Source: Puccinia triticina
Lineage: Eukaryota
NCBI GenBank assembly: GCA_026914245.1
Contig: CP110439.1
Coordinates: forward strand, 2,790,001-2,854,000
Direction: 5' to 3'
Length of the DNA: 64,000 bases
Shown: piece after piece, positions 50,045-63,059 of the stretch
Layout: each line of letters opens with the position of its first letter
Position numbering within the stretch: the first letter of the stretch is position 1
Program-made: the position numbers and the translations under genes
Notes under the pieces: generated by a model
What the model was told of the DNA's origin: nothing
What the model saw: the letters and a program-made list of their open reading frames with translations, nothing else
The model's database searches: none

Positions 50045-53000
50045 CAGTAAAACCTGCTCAATAAATCCCATTTTACCACTCCTCTGGCAACTGATGACAA
50101 GCAAAATCAATGGAGAGGAGCCAGAACTATCCCACATACACTGGGTACAACCACAGTCATCTCCAACCCGCAGCAACTGAAACTAACTGTTGAATTTGTC
50201 ACCAAGGGGTAAATCAAATTTGGTGCACTGGTTGTGCTGCATTGGGCCTGCCCAAAGCCCACAAATCAAGCTTTCAATCCAAGAATGAGAGCTCTGATTG
50301 CTGACAAACTGCAAGCAGAATCTTCAAACCAGGCACAGAGCAGTGGTAAGCTTGTTCCCCGGGAATTCCAATGATTGCTTTAAGATACTGGTGCCTGATG
50401 GAGGCAATTTCTAAATTTTTGTCTTGGCTCAGACCATATGAAATTTAATAATCATGTGCACATACACATTAAGGCCAGCTGTGGGTGGCAAAACAAGGCT
50501 AAATTGATGGACAAGTGGCTCCAAATAGTGGTTTTGAGGTGTTGTGTTGTGTTTTCCTCTTTCTCATTAGTGCGCTTTCTGTTTTCTCTCATGTCACACT
50601 CTGTGACACCTCATCTTGTATGTAGTCTAGGTCAGTGTTCCAGGCGCAGAAGTCTCCCCTTTCTCATCCTTCTGTGTCTTTTCTGTTGGATTTTCATCTT
50701 CCTTCTGCCTCCTCTCCCATCTTCTTCTTCTCTGATCTTTTTTTCCTTGATCAGTACAGTCATACACTCATGAACCCCCTCACATTTTTTCTGCTTTTAT
50801 CATTAGTCACATGCTAAATTCGCGTTGTGGAACTACTCTGAGGAAAGAATAGAGCTTGAAGGGCTGCCTCTCAGGGGAACAATAAAAAGAATATAGGAGT
50901 ATGGACTCTTAAGGAAAGGTGTGGCTATGGAAATTCTTGAGGTATGTCTGTAGGGTTTTACTTTAATGGGTATACTAATCTAATATGAGGAGTCAAGGAT
51001 AATATAAACTCTGTCCAACCTGATATATTTGGCATAGACTTTATCAAGCTTGTCCACTCTGATTTAATGGCATAAGCTAGGCTAGTGAATGGTGACCAGT
51101 GATCTGGATTGCTGGGACAGGATCTGATGGGGAACAAAAGGTAGGGCCAAAGAGGTCAGACTATATACAAAATATTATGGGGCTGGGTTGTGGTTTGAAG
51201 AAAAGATGAAACAGTGAAAATTCTCAATCAAGGGGCTGAGGCTGAAAATGCTATGGGGATGGAAGGTTATGGAATGAGGCTGGAATGTGGAGAGACAATG
51301 AAACATCAGAAGAAAGGGATTACATGTCATATGAGTGGCTGAAAAGGGAAGGGCTGAAACCAAAGGGGACAACACTATGAAAAAAACTTGAGAAACTGGT
51401 GTCAGTTGACATGCCAGATCCAGGCTGATAAAATGTCACATACCTGAGTTTTTCCAGCTTGATTCCTGGTTGAATCCATGTATTTTTATGGATTAGCTCA
51501 GCCTAAGCAGTATGTTCAGACTCTGCTTAGCCACGCCAGCCACCATACTAACTTTGTGCACAGTTAGTGTGGAGCTGCTCAGCTGGCACAGCAGTAGCAC
51601 CTGAATACATACAGGCACCCTTTCAAGCGGGAGGCATCCCTCCCTCCAACAGACAAGGCCGCATACACCCACCCGCGTGGACCAGGAGGAATCCCTCCCG
51701 GTCAACAACATAACACAACCCGGAGGAATCCCTCCTGCCCCTGGTCAACAAGGCAAGACAACAGTCAACCGGGCGGAATCCCTCCTGGTCGGCAACATAG
51801 TACAACTGTTGACCAGGCGGAATCCCTCCCGGTTGACAGTTATGTACAACTGTCTGGACTGGGAGGACTCCCTCCCGGTTGACAACATCACACAACCGTT
51901 GACCGGGCGGAATCCCTCCCGGTCAACAACATAGCACAACTATTGACCGGGCGGAATCCCTCCCGGTCAACAGTTATGTACAACTGTCTCGACTGGGAGG
52001 ACTCCCTCCCGGTTGACAACATCACACAACTGTTGACCGGGCGGAATCCCTCCCGGTCGACAACATAGCACAACTGTTGACCGGGTGGAATTAGCACAAC
52101 TGTTGACCAGGCGGAATTAGCACAACTGTTGACTGGGCGGAATCCCTCCCGGTTGACAGTTATGTACAACTGTCTCGACTGGGAGGACTCCCTCCTGGTC
52201 AACAACATCACACAACTGTTGACCGGGCGGAATCCCTCCCGGTTGACAGTCGGGAGGGAGTCCTCCCAGTCGAGACAGTTGTATATAACTGCAGGCCGGG
52301 AGGGATTCCGCCCGGTCAACAGTGTAAGAATGATAGGTCAATTACTTTATGGAAACAGTTATTACAAAAAGAACTCAATAACATTAATGCACTTAAAAAT
52401 ATCAAAACAATTGTTAGACTAGTTTTTTGGTGATGATAATAATAAAGTGATGAAAGAATAAATAAATACCTTGAAGAAATGAATCAAATCAGGATAAAAA
52501 ATCTGACACAAAGACAATGACAACAATGTATAACAACAGGACTTTTACGACGAAACAGCCTGCCCAGAAGCTGAATCTAGCTCGTCCTAGATGTTAGCGA
52601 TTGACAAAGATTGAGCTCGAAAGGTCGATTTGAACTGATCGGATTAACAAAGAAGAATTTAACTTTGAGTAGGTTGATGTTCGATGATTGAGGATGAAGT
52701 GATGTTGAAGGGATAAGAAGGAAAAGAAAGGGGAGAAGATTGTGATTGGCGGAAAGAGGTTGTTCCTTTGAATCAAAGAAGTCCGTGTGAGCCGATCGTC
52801 TGAGTGTAGAGTGTACGCGTGTGCATCATCATGCATGCATAAACGCATGCATGAACTAAACTCATTGTGCGAGTTTAAAACTGACACCCCTCCTAAACAC
52901 GCACATTGACCAAATGTAATTGTTTGAAAACGGAGAGCAGTTTGACTTTACCAAGAGTTTTAGTCAACGCGTCGGCAATCATGTTGACTGTTGAAACTTG

Positions 53001-56000
53001 CTCAACGCAAAGAACTTTCATACCAATCAGCTGACGCACATATTGAAAACGGATTTCAATATGTTTTGTATTTGGATTGAGTTGCGCTTCCTTGCTTATT
53101 ATCACTGCCCCCAAGTTGTCATTGAAAATTACCGGGGGATCAACTGCAATATCCAGAGAAGTGACAAGATTCAACATCCAGTGTAGCTGTTTGGCGCATT
53201 TATTGATTGATATAAACTCAGCCTCAGTCGTCAATTGAGCGACCACTGATTGCTTCTTTGTCATCCAGGAGATTGGGTTCCCAAAGAAAGTTATCACGTA
53301 ACTGGACATAGACCGTTTTGTGACGATAGAAGTGCCGTAATCTGCATCTGCCCAGCCACACAAATGATTGTTTTGCTGATCAAGACGGAAGTGAATACCC
53401 ACATCAACCGTGCCTTGAATGTATTGGAGAAGGTGTTTGATCATAGACCAGTGACACAAGGAAGGGGAAGAGGCAAACTGTGCTAGCACGTTGACGGTAA
53501 AAGCAATATCTGGCCTTGTGTGAAGAGCCAGATAGTTGAGCATACCAATTGCTTTTTGCATTGTTTTTACGTCAAATGGTGGAGACTCCAACGCCACAAC
53601 TCTATGAAAATTTAAAGGTGAAGGTGATTTGACCGTCGCAGCGCCAGCCATACCGAATTTGTCCAGTATCTTTGACGCAAAATCAGATTGGTGAATGACC
53701 AGAGATCCGTCTGCATGCCAGTTGAAGGTGTACCCAAGGTGTTGATCCGGACGCTCTTTGATCTTCAACACGTATGATTTCTTTAATTCGTCCAGAAATT
53801 TCAAAACAGCGTTCCGATTGCAACCAATAATCAAACCGTCATCAACGTGCATATGAAGAAAAATTGATTTATCTGCATTGTGAAACAGCGCATCATTGAG
53901 TAAAGCCGATTCGAATCCAATCAACTTGAGAGTCAAGACCAGATGAGCTTTCCACATTCTGGGAGCTTGTTTAGTACCATATAACGATTTATTCAACTTC
54001 CAAACCCAGCCTTTTTTCATTGGATCCGGATCTTCAAAGCCAAGGACTTGAGCAATGTAGATTGACGCATCAATGTTGCCGTATAGAAAAGCTGTTTCCA
54101 CGTCGAACTGGAAAACACACATCTTCTTATTCACAGCTAAAGACAGCATCATCTTGAGCGATTCGTTACTCGCAACCAACAAATAAGTCTTGAAGTAATG
54201 GAGCATATGTTCTTGATGATTACAGAACACAACCCAGCGGGCTTTGTGGCAAATAATTTCCTTGAATTCATTGAGTTTTCTAGTCAATAACCACATCCCT
54301 CCAATAGTTTTGTCGTTGGACGGCGGAGGAACCAGAGTCCCAGTATTTTTTGATTGAAGAGAATCGAATTCGGAGGATAACGCTTTCTCCCAGTTCGGCA
54401 ACGCCGCTTTGTCGTTCATTGCCTCGTTGATAGGCACCGATTCCGTCAAGCTCAATTCCGGAAACTCCATGGCAGATACAAAACTTGCTTCAGGCAGATT
54501 GCGATTCAATCGACGAGAACCCTCAATTATGTTAGATGGGTTGACATTTGAACTGATATTTTTCGGCGCTAGGTTGTTTTTAGACCCCCATTCGTAAGTA
54601 AAGAATTTAGTCGGCTGCCGAGTAGACGAAGAAGATGCGTTAGTTTGATGAGACGACACATCTAGGGATGGCGAAGGAGGAATCGGAGGAAGGATGGGTG
54701 GCAGTGACGAAGTTGTGGATGGAATTGAATCAGAAGTAGTCGGCACAGTTGAATCAGAAGTAGTCGGCACAGGAGGTGGAGTAGAGGGCGAAGGAACTGA
54801 GATTGAGGTATGTCCACCAGACTTTGATTGCAAGGATTTGTTGGCAGATATGTCAATTTCCACATGTTCGTCATGCGGTACCAAATCTGCACATGATGTG
54901 GGCAAAGCTGTAGGAAGCTTAATCATTGCAGACTTGGAATTATATGGAAAGGAAAGAATAGAAGGGGTATAGTCTCGACTGATAATCGTCCGGCAAGATA
55001 TGGGATCAAAAAATTGCATAGCATCCAATCGAGGCTCGTAGCCAAGGAAAAGAAATGGTTTCAAAGGTGGAAGAACCTTAGAGGAAGGCGACTGGGTATG
55101 GATGTAGACTTTTAAGCCAAAGAGTATGAACTTGTCTCACTTGTTCAATTGATGAATGTTGTTCAACCAGCACCGAATTTGGAGACTGCCAGTGATCAAG
55201 TGCAGCTGTCGGGAGCATATTGATTAGCAACAATGCAAATTTAGCCGCCTCATCCCAATAGTTAAGGGGAACCAAACACTGAGCCAACATGCAGCGCATT
55301 TTCATGAGCAACGTTTGGTTGAACCATTCGGCCAAACCATTAGTTTGGGGTGAGTTCGCCGGACCTTGTTCAAGAGAGATGCCGCATTGAGACAGGAAGG
55401 TCTTGAAAACAATCGAACCAAATTCCCCGCCACGATCAGTATGCAGAATTGATGGAGTTACGTCTAAATGATTTTTTACCTCATTTAGATAAGACATTAT
55501 TTTTGTTTCCGCCTCCGATTTTTTCTGCATCAAGTAGATAAGATTGAACCGGGAAAAATCATCGACCAACACAAGAATGTATCAAAAGGATCCTTGAGAG
55601 TTTGGTGAGACCTGTAAAACATCCAGGTGAATCATCTTGAATGGCGAAGAAGCAGACGGAAGGGGATTGCTATGTGCAGAACGCTTAAGCTTGGCCATTC
55701 TACACACCTCACAATGTATCAAAGAGCCGGATTTCTTGTTTGGGGTAATCTTCATCAAGTCAAAGAATTTTTTCAAATAAACATCTGAGGGGTGACCAAG
55801 AATAATATGCCAATCCTTCAACGCATTGCTCTTGTTTATTGAAAAAAGTGACCGGGATGTAACAACACTTGAACCAGATGACACATAAAGATTGCCAGTC
55901 CAAGGAAATTTTTTGATAACCGTTCGACCCATGTACACCAAAAACAATTTGTTTTTGTGCACACAATGAAACCCGTGATCTTTAAGCTGGGAGACCAAAA

Positions 56001-56570
56001 TTAGATTACACTTCCCGTCTGGCGCCAAATAAACAGGAAAAATATTATATTTCCCAAAACGCATTGACCCGATGTGAGTGATATCAATTGAACCAGAATA
56101 TGTACGCATTTTCTTAGTGATCGGTTGTAAATTGGACAGAAGACGTGAATCAGAAACCGTGGACTTTGATGCACCGGTATCAAGAACCAGTTGAATTTTT
56201 TTGTTGTCAATCGGTCCGATATGAAAGTTGTTCTCGTCTTCCACAAAAAATCCAGTGTCTTCCGCATCAACAGATTGCTCATCAATAGCGTCAGCTTTGT
56301 CTTCAATGTCTGATTCGTCAATAGAGTTTAAACGCTGAGTCCGGAGTTTTGATAGCAATTCAATGAGTTGGTCAAGCTCTTGATTGCTCATTTTCAGTTT
56401 TGAATTGGGTACAGAACTTGTTTGATTTTTTGTTGGCACAACGTTCCTGAATTTTTTATCAACAGCTTTGAATTTATCTTTATTTGGCTTGACAAATGAT
56501 TTAGACAATACGACATTTAATACTGCTGAACCAGACTGTTCAGCTCGATTGTGTTCGGCACCCATATGAA

Positions 56571-56732
56571 TGTTGGAATATATGCTTCAAGCCCCATTTG
56601 AGGGGGCCAAGCTATATGATCTAATATCCAAAAATCACCAGTAAGACCAACTGTGTGTTTAGCTCAGTGGTATAAGAGCAGCTCTCATGAATGTAGAAGG
56701 TTGTGGGTTCAAATCCCACAACACACAATACA
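56571..56732 (+). mobile_element. 162-bp solo LTR containing a tRNA-like sequence
   Basis: TGTTG...ATACA with TSD ATGAA (the right copy is split by the next MITE). A box TAGCTCAGTGG and B box GGTTCAAATCC. Confidence 0.8.
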
Positions 56733-56735
56733 ATG

Positions 56736-56982
56736 CACTGCAAAAAAAACTGTGTCAACTGTGAGCAGTTGACATGCGGTAACTCTGAGGAAGCTTGTGG
56801 TGTTACACCAGCCTTACCCAAGGTTTGACTCAACCAAAGCTTCAATGCACAGTCACTGTGCACCTTGCACAGTGACTGTGCCAACAAAGGCACTTGTGCA
56901 TTCAGGTGGAGTTACAATGGTAGCTTGGCTTGAGTATCCTGCATGTCAACTGCAAGCAGTTGACCAAGGTTTTTTTGCAGTG
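56736..56982. mobile_element. CACTA-type MITE
   Basis: CACTGCAAAAAAA / TTTTTTTGCAGTG with 3-bp TSD ATG. Confidence 0.88.
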
Positions 56983-59244
56983 ATGAATGGCAACTTTCTC
57001 AAACGTAAATGGATCAACATCGAAGAGGGTTTGAACTAGGCCGGTTAATGATGAATCGAACCAAAAGCTTTTGAGAAAAAATATTCCAGCCATTGCCGTA
57101 TCAATCTGTGTTGCAGGATGAGATAGTTGTGCCGATTTTAATGAAGTGTACATAGATTGAAATTTACTGATGTGATTGGCAATGGATGTTCCGGGAACAA
57201 AGTTGAGATGAATGAGTGAGTAGATCTTGTCGCCAAGCTTTATCAAGGATTGTTCTCCGCATGCTAGAGCTAAGTTCTCCATCGCTTTTGAAAATGTATT
57301 GGATGCTTGTACGACTGACTGCAGATTGGATGAGACGCATAACTCAAGAAGAGTATACGCATTGGATGTTTTCTTTTGGAACTTCTTTTCCGTTTTGTGT
57401 AGCTCGCACCAAGTGGCATTGAACACTTCCTCATCCCCACAGCCAGTAACAAGATGAGTGAATGATTTCTTCCACTCCGGCCAATTATTGCAATGGAGCT
57501 TTGTGATTCGTAACTTGTCACCTAGGAATCATCATCGACTTGAGGGACTACCGGATGTTCTGCCATCTTGTTTGTATTATATCTAAGAGTGTCTTCTTGT
57601 TTTGAGTTCTTTTAACTGTAAAGTATTGACTCTCGCTACCATGTAAGAATGATAGGTCAATTACTTTATGGAAACAGTTATTACAAAAAGAACTCAATAA
57701 CAGTAATGCACTTAAAAATATCAAAACAATTGTTAGACTAGTTTTTTGGTGATGATAATAATAAAGTAATGAAAGAATAAATAAATACCTCGAAGAAATG
57801 AATCAAATCAGGATAAAAAATCTGACACAAAGACAATGACGACGATGTATAACAACAGGACTTTTACGACAAAACAGCCTGCCCAGAAGCTGAATCTAGC
57901 TCGTCCTAGATGTTAGCAATCGACAAAGATTGAGCTCGAAAGGTCGATTTGAACTGATTGGATTAACAAAGAAGAATTTAACTTCAAGTAGGTTGATGTT
58001 TGATGATTGAGGATGAAGTGATGTTGAAGGGATAAGAAGGAAAAGAAAGGGGAGAAGATTGTGATTGGCGGAAGGGGAGAAGATTGTGATTGGTGGAAAG
58101 AGGTTGTTCCTTTGAATTGAAGAAGTCCGCGTGAGCCAATCGTCTGAGTGTAGAGTGTACGCGTGTGCATCATCATGCATGCATAAACGCATGCATGAAC
58201 TAAACTCATTGTGCGAGTTTAAAACTGACAAACAGTTGTGTGATGTTGTCGACCGGGAGGGAGTCCTCCCAGTCGAGACAGCTGTATATAACTGTTGACT
58301 GGGAGGGATTCCGCCCGGTCAACAGTTGTGTGATGTTATCGACCGGGAGGGAGTCCTCCCAGTTGAGACAGTTGTATACAACTGTTGACCGGGAGGGATT
58401 CCACCCGGTCAACAGTTGTGTGATGTTGTCAACCGGGAGGGAGTCCTCCCAGTCCAGACAGTTGTAGTGTACATAACTGTTGACCGGGAGGGATTCCGCC
58501 CGGTCGCCTTTTGTGTTGCATTGTTGACCAGGGGCAGGAGGGATTCCTCCGGTTCGTGTTATGTTGTTGACCGGGAGGGATTCCTCCTGGTCCACGCGGG
58601 TGGGTGTATGTGGCAGGGAGGGATGCCTCCTGCTTGAAAGGGTGCCTGTATGTATTTAGGTGCTACTGCTGTACCAGCTGAGCAGCTCCACACTAACTGT
58701 GCACAAAGTTAGTGTGGTAGCTGGTGTGGCTAAGCAGAGTCTGAACATACTGCTTAGCTCAAACTGCCAAGCAACTTCCAAAAATTTCCAGGAGGGATTC
58801 ATTTTTTATGAGGCTTGTTTAAATGGAGACTGAACTCAAGTATGCCGCATGTCAACTGACAGGGGTTTCTCAAGTTTTTTTCATAGTGCAAGGGGTAACC
58901 AAGATGAAATCTCTATGGTTATTACATGTGTGGCTAATTTCAAAATGGGGTTGGATTGGGAAGGGAGGAAAAGATGATGAATGTCAAGGTCTTTCCTAAT
59001 AGTCTGGCTCTGTCTGATGGGTGACTTTCTCCCACTTGTGCCTAGCTGGGAGCCTGATGAGTATTGAGTTGGTGTAGGTGGGTATCCAGAAGGTGGGGAA
59101 AAAAGGGTGAAGAGAGAATTGGGGGCCTGTTGATGGGTATGAGTTGTCCTGGCCTTGATCCTTAAGGGAGGTGGGTGCTTGAGTATTCCAGAGAGGGTTA
59201 TATTGAGGGGAAAAGACTTTGATTTTGGTGCCATATTCAGGATT

Positions 59245-61388
59245 GGCTTACCACAGCGTACAACAACAGCAAACACCAGTCTATAGGAATGTTGCCATTC
59301 CGGGCCAACTACAGATTTGACCCCACGTTTGGGGGTGTGCCGTCTTCGGACCAATGCCTGCCAGTGGTGGAAGCTCACATGCGGAATTTGGCAAAGGCAC
59401 AGGAGCAACAAAGGTTAGTTATGTTACGTTGTGTTATCTGCCCAATTTTGGTAATGTAACTACCCCCGTTATCCGGGGCCCCCCGTTACTTTACTAGTAA
59501 CAGAGTCATTTCAGGCCCCGCGTGTAACGTAACAGGCCTCATTTTTGAGGCCTGTTATTGCGTTATCCCCCGGATAACGTGATAACAGACCATTTAAGGC
59601 TTTTTAGCCTCATTTTTTGCCTGTTCTCAAGGGCTCCGCGCGCCCGGATAACGCAACAAGCATAAAGAAAAAACGGCTCAACGTGTTGTGATAACGTAAT
59701 TGCACTGCCGTTGTGAGACTCCAAAAGCGGTTTGCACCTCTCATGGCTGAATTTGGAGAAGTATGTGTGGGGAAACCCCTGCTTCTCTGAAAGACAAAGA
59801 CTGACAACACCCCCAGCTAGGCTGGAAGCAAGAAGACAGTGGTCTAGTGTAGTTGAATACTTTTCTCACAAGTGGCTCACAATGGACTGTGTATTTCAAA
59901 ATATAAAGCTAGTATTTTATGTTGAGATAGTATGCTTATATTCATAGTAGTATGCTTCAACCATAACACAACTCAATCTTGTATATAGTCTTTACAAGAT
60001 TGTTTCTGGGGTTTCCTTCCTTAGTGAATCAGAACCATCTTTTTCTCACTCCTGAGTGTCACATGACTTTCAGTCTGTGAACTTCAGTGTTTGTTCCCCA
60101 TGTCCCTCTCAACATTTTATTATGTCGCGGAGAGTGTGAGGGTGACAATTTATTTGAATCTTGTTGGGGAATGATCTCCTTCATTGGATTCCATGGGGGA
60201 CAAAGGAGAGAGCCTCTCCTTATATAGGAAAATGTGAGGCATTTATGCTGGTGGTCTATGTACATGAGGGGTTTTGGCTGGTGTGCCTTTACAAATGCTG
60301 TGCAAATACAGCTATGTACAGTGTGGCAGTGTATACATGAGCAAATTTAGCTGGTGATCTAGTTACAAGTGTGGCTTACACAGCCCTCTGGTTGCTATGG
60401 AGTCTTCTCAAGTGACCTGCACAGCTTTCTGTATTGCTGTGTAGTCTGCTTGAGTGACTTGCACAGCCCCATGGTTACTATGCCGCTTTATTAATGTGGC
60501 TTGTGGTTTCTGGGTTACTGTAATAAGTGGCTTGTGGTTGCTACACAGCTGCATATGAGGCTGGCTGGTTGCTACGCAGCCACATATATATGTAAAAGGG
60601 TAGTATGTAAGCTATATACATGCAGTTTTGTAAAACTGTGTATGTAAACTGAAGGGAGTGTGTGGATCAAAAGATGGTGTAATGTAACACTACATATGTA
60701 AACTAGAAATTTTTGAATTTTTCCATCCAGAACTAAAGCGTCTACCACACCGTTACGCGTAACGCGTAGATAACAACAAAAATTTCGTTACGTTACTGTT
60801 ATCTACGCGTTACACATAGCGTAACTACCCTTTGTTGGCAGGAGGAGCTGATGGCAGGGCTCAGGGAGGCGCAAAAGTCAATGAAGCGGCAATTTGACCG
60901 CAACATCAGGAAGACCCCAGATTGGACAGTTGGAGACGCGGCTTGGCTCAACAGCCGCCATATTTCAACAACAAGGCCAAAAACCAAATTGGTGCATAGA
61001 TGGCTAGGACCATTTCCTGTCTCATCCAAAATATCCTCATCTGTTTATAGGCTAACTCTCCCTATTTCCATGAGTAGAGTACATCCAGTATTTTATGTGT
61101 CAAAGCTCAGGAAGTACGCGCTGGACACAATACTGGAACAAACAGCGGACCAACCAGAACCAGTCGTGGTCAAAGGACAAGAGGAATGGGAGATGGAGCA
61201 AATTTTGGACTGCAGGAAGAAGGGGAAAAGACACAAGTATCTTATCAGTTGGAAAGGATGCGGCCCGGAGGACAATTTGTGGGAACCGGAAAACCACCTG
61301 GCAAATTGACAGGAATTATTATTGGATTTCAACTCAAACTTCCCAACAGCGGCAGCACGGCACCGGAGGTCTAGGAGATTCAAGTGAA
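59245..61388 (+). pseudogene. Ty3/Gypsy chromovirus remnant (integrase C-terminus and chromodomain)
   Basis: AYNNSKHQSIGMLPFRANY..NLAKAQE, then an insertion, then ELMAGLREAQ..WLGPFPV..VHPVFYVSKL..EWEMEQILDCR..YLISWKG..NLWEPENHL. Purine tract and LTR start TGTTATGAG at 61477. Confidence 0.88.
59406..60837. mobile_element. Non-autonomous DNA element with 7-bp TSD
   Basis: CAACAAAGGTTAGTTA / TAACTACCCTTTGTTG with flanks ACAGGAG/GCAGGAG. Removal restores the integrase frame. Confidence 0.85.
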
Positions 61389-62273
61389 GGCTAAGCTTTT
61401 TTACCCAAGGGGTTTTTTGTTGCTGCCTGGGGCCAAGAGCGCAGAGCCGGGGGCTTAGGCGTTAAGGGTGGGGTAGTGTTATGAGCTGCACCGCACGCCA
61501 TAGCCTACCTTGGAGGACATGTCACTCTTATACATACATGTCACAGTTCCCTTACACAAGAGGGAGCCGGGGAGAGATCCTTATACTCTCCCCATCTAGC
61601 AATCTACTTCATTCTAGGTCCATTGTCAGGACTTGGTCCTTCTCTCCCACAGTCAATCATAACAGACATCCTGGAAATCTCCAACCCCTGGATGCTATCC
61701 TTTCTACCACTAGCCTTATTGAACTAAAACCTTCTTTCATTTCAGTAGGCACCTTGAACTCCTTTGAATACTAAATCTCAAAACTTCCACAAGGGTTGAA
61801 CTTGAGTAAGGGACACACAACCACACAAACTGAAAAAACTCTCACAAGACTTTGGGGCACTCACAAAGAAAGCCACTATCAGGAGGGACTTACACCCTGC
61901 CTCCTCAAACTTGTGCACAGAGAATGGGTTTTGGGGTTAATTTTTATATAAATTCTACTTGAGATCTCTTGAAACCTTCAGTGTAATTATTGGCTTGTTG
62001 GTAGAAGGACATGCAGGATAAGAGAACAGTTTTTTTTTGTCTCCATTGACGTGCCTCATGTGTACTTGTAGAGAGAACCATAGGAACTGAGTTCATGTGC
62101 ACAGACCTGCTCTGGTCAAAATCCAAGATTCAAGACTAAGTGTATCTGAAGCTTTTTTCTGGAGTGGCAGAAGATTTGCTAAACATGTTAGACTCTGGAG
62201 GTTAGCAAACTTAACTAAGTCCAAAAGTGGAGGTGCTTTGCACATCCACCGGAGGGACTCACACCATATTTGC

Positions 62274-62464
62274 AGGGGGTTTCAAATATGGTGCAGGTCC
62301 TGTTTCAGGAACCCCCAATTCACAAAATCAGGGCACCTGCAACACACCCACCCAATTTTACCCAAAAAACATACAGAAATAATTTGAAAATTCATTTTGC
62401 AGGAAGTTTGTTTTCCTGAATTGGGGTTCCTGAACTGGGACCTGCACCATGTTTGAAACCCCCT
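62274..62464. repeat. Inverted-repeat MITE-like element
   Basis: AGGGGGTTTCAAATATGGTGCAGGTCC and its inverse, with arms of about 50 bp. Confidence 0.65.
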
Positions 62465-63059
62465 TAAGACGGAGAGCAACGGCCAAAAAACCCTTTTCCA
62501 AGGAATTTTGCCATAGCTCCGGAACCACCAAATATTTCACCTAATTTTGACACAATCAGAAAGTCCTACATCTTGGCTAATTTTTGATGTGTACAAAGAC
62601 CTCAAAAGCTGATGTATCTCTCAGGCCAAAATCACCTGTATTAGTAAGGCCTAAGTCCCTCCCGGAGGGAAGCCGGGACTTGATCAAGTCAGACAAGTCC
62701 CTCCTGCGGAGGCTGTCGGAGGCTCGCTTCGCGAAATCACACGCCCGCATCAGCGAGGGGCTTTGTCAAGTTCGGCGTCCGGACGAAATTAGCCTGACCG
62801 CTCGGTACATTTCTACAACAAAGCATGTCGGGCAACTGGCTGAATAATTATCTCTGACGCGTGACGCGAGAGAGGTTATTGGTCACGGTGGATTCCAGAG
62901 TAAAGCTCAAGAGCAGGTTAGTTTGATGCCATTGTCGCTGAAAGTCCATCTTACCCACTCATTGGATACTCTCGTACAATGATGAACCGATCCGCGACCT
63001 GATCGTCTGAATATGTATCGGCGTTAGCATAAGCTATCTCCAACCCTTTCATATCTACA

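Larger units (their letters stand above)
52893..57567 (-). pseudogene. Copia gag-pol (protease, integrase, RT, RNase H), disrupted
   Basis: LVLDTGAS, WHIILGH..CEVC, VDDFSRF..HTDRGGEF..QTNGLAE, DVETAFL, SLYGTKQAPRMW, HVDDGL, ADADY and TKHIEIRF, in Copia domain order. Confidence 0.92.
52323..58230 (-). mobile_element. Ty1/Copia LTR retrotransposon, full length, degenerate
   Basis: LTRs at 52323-52886 and 57642-58230 (the latter with a 25-bp duplication), TSD AACAG, primer site TGGTAGCGAGAG and polypurine tract AGGAGGGG. Confidence 0.95.
51373..58888. mobile_element. Non-autonomous CACTA foldback element, interrupted by a Copia
   Basis: CACTATGAAAAAAACTTGAGAAAC and its inverse, 3-bp TSD CAA, and mirror arrays of GTTGACCGGG..CCCGGTCAAC at ~51677-52322 and 58231-58595. 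Confidence 0.9.
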
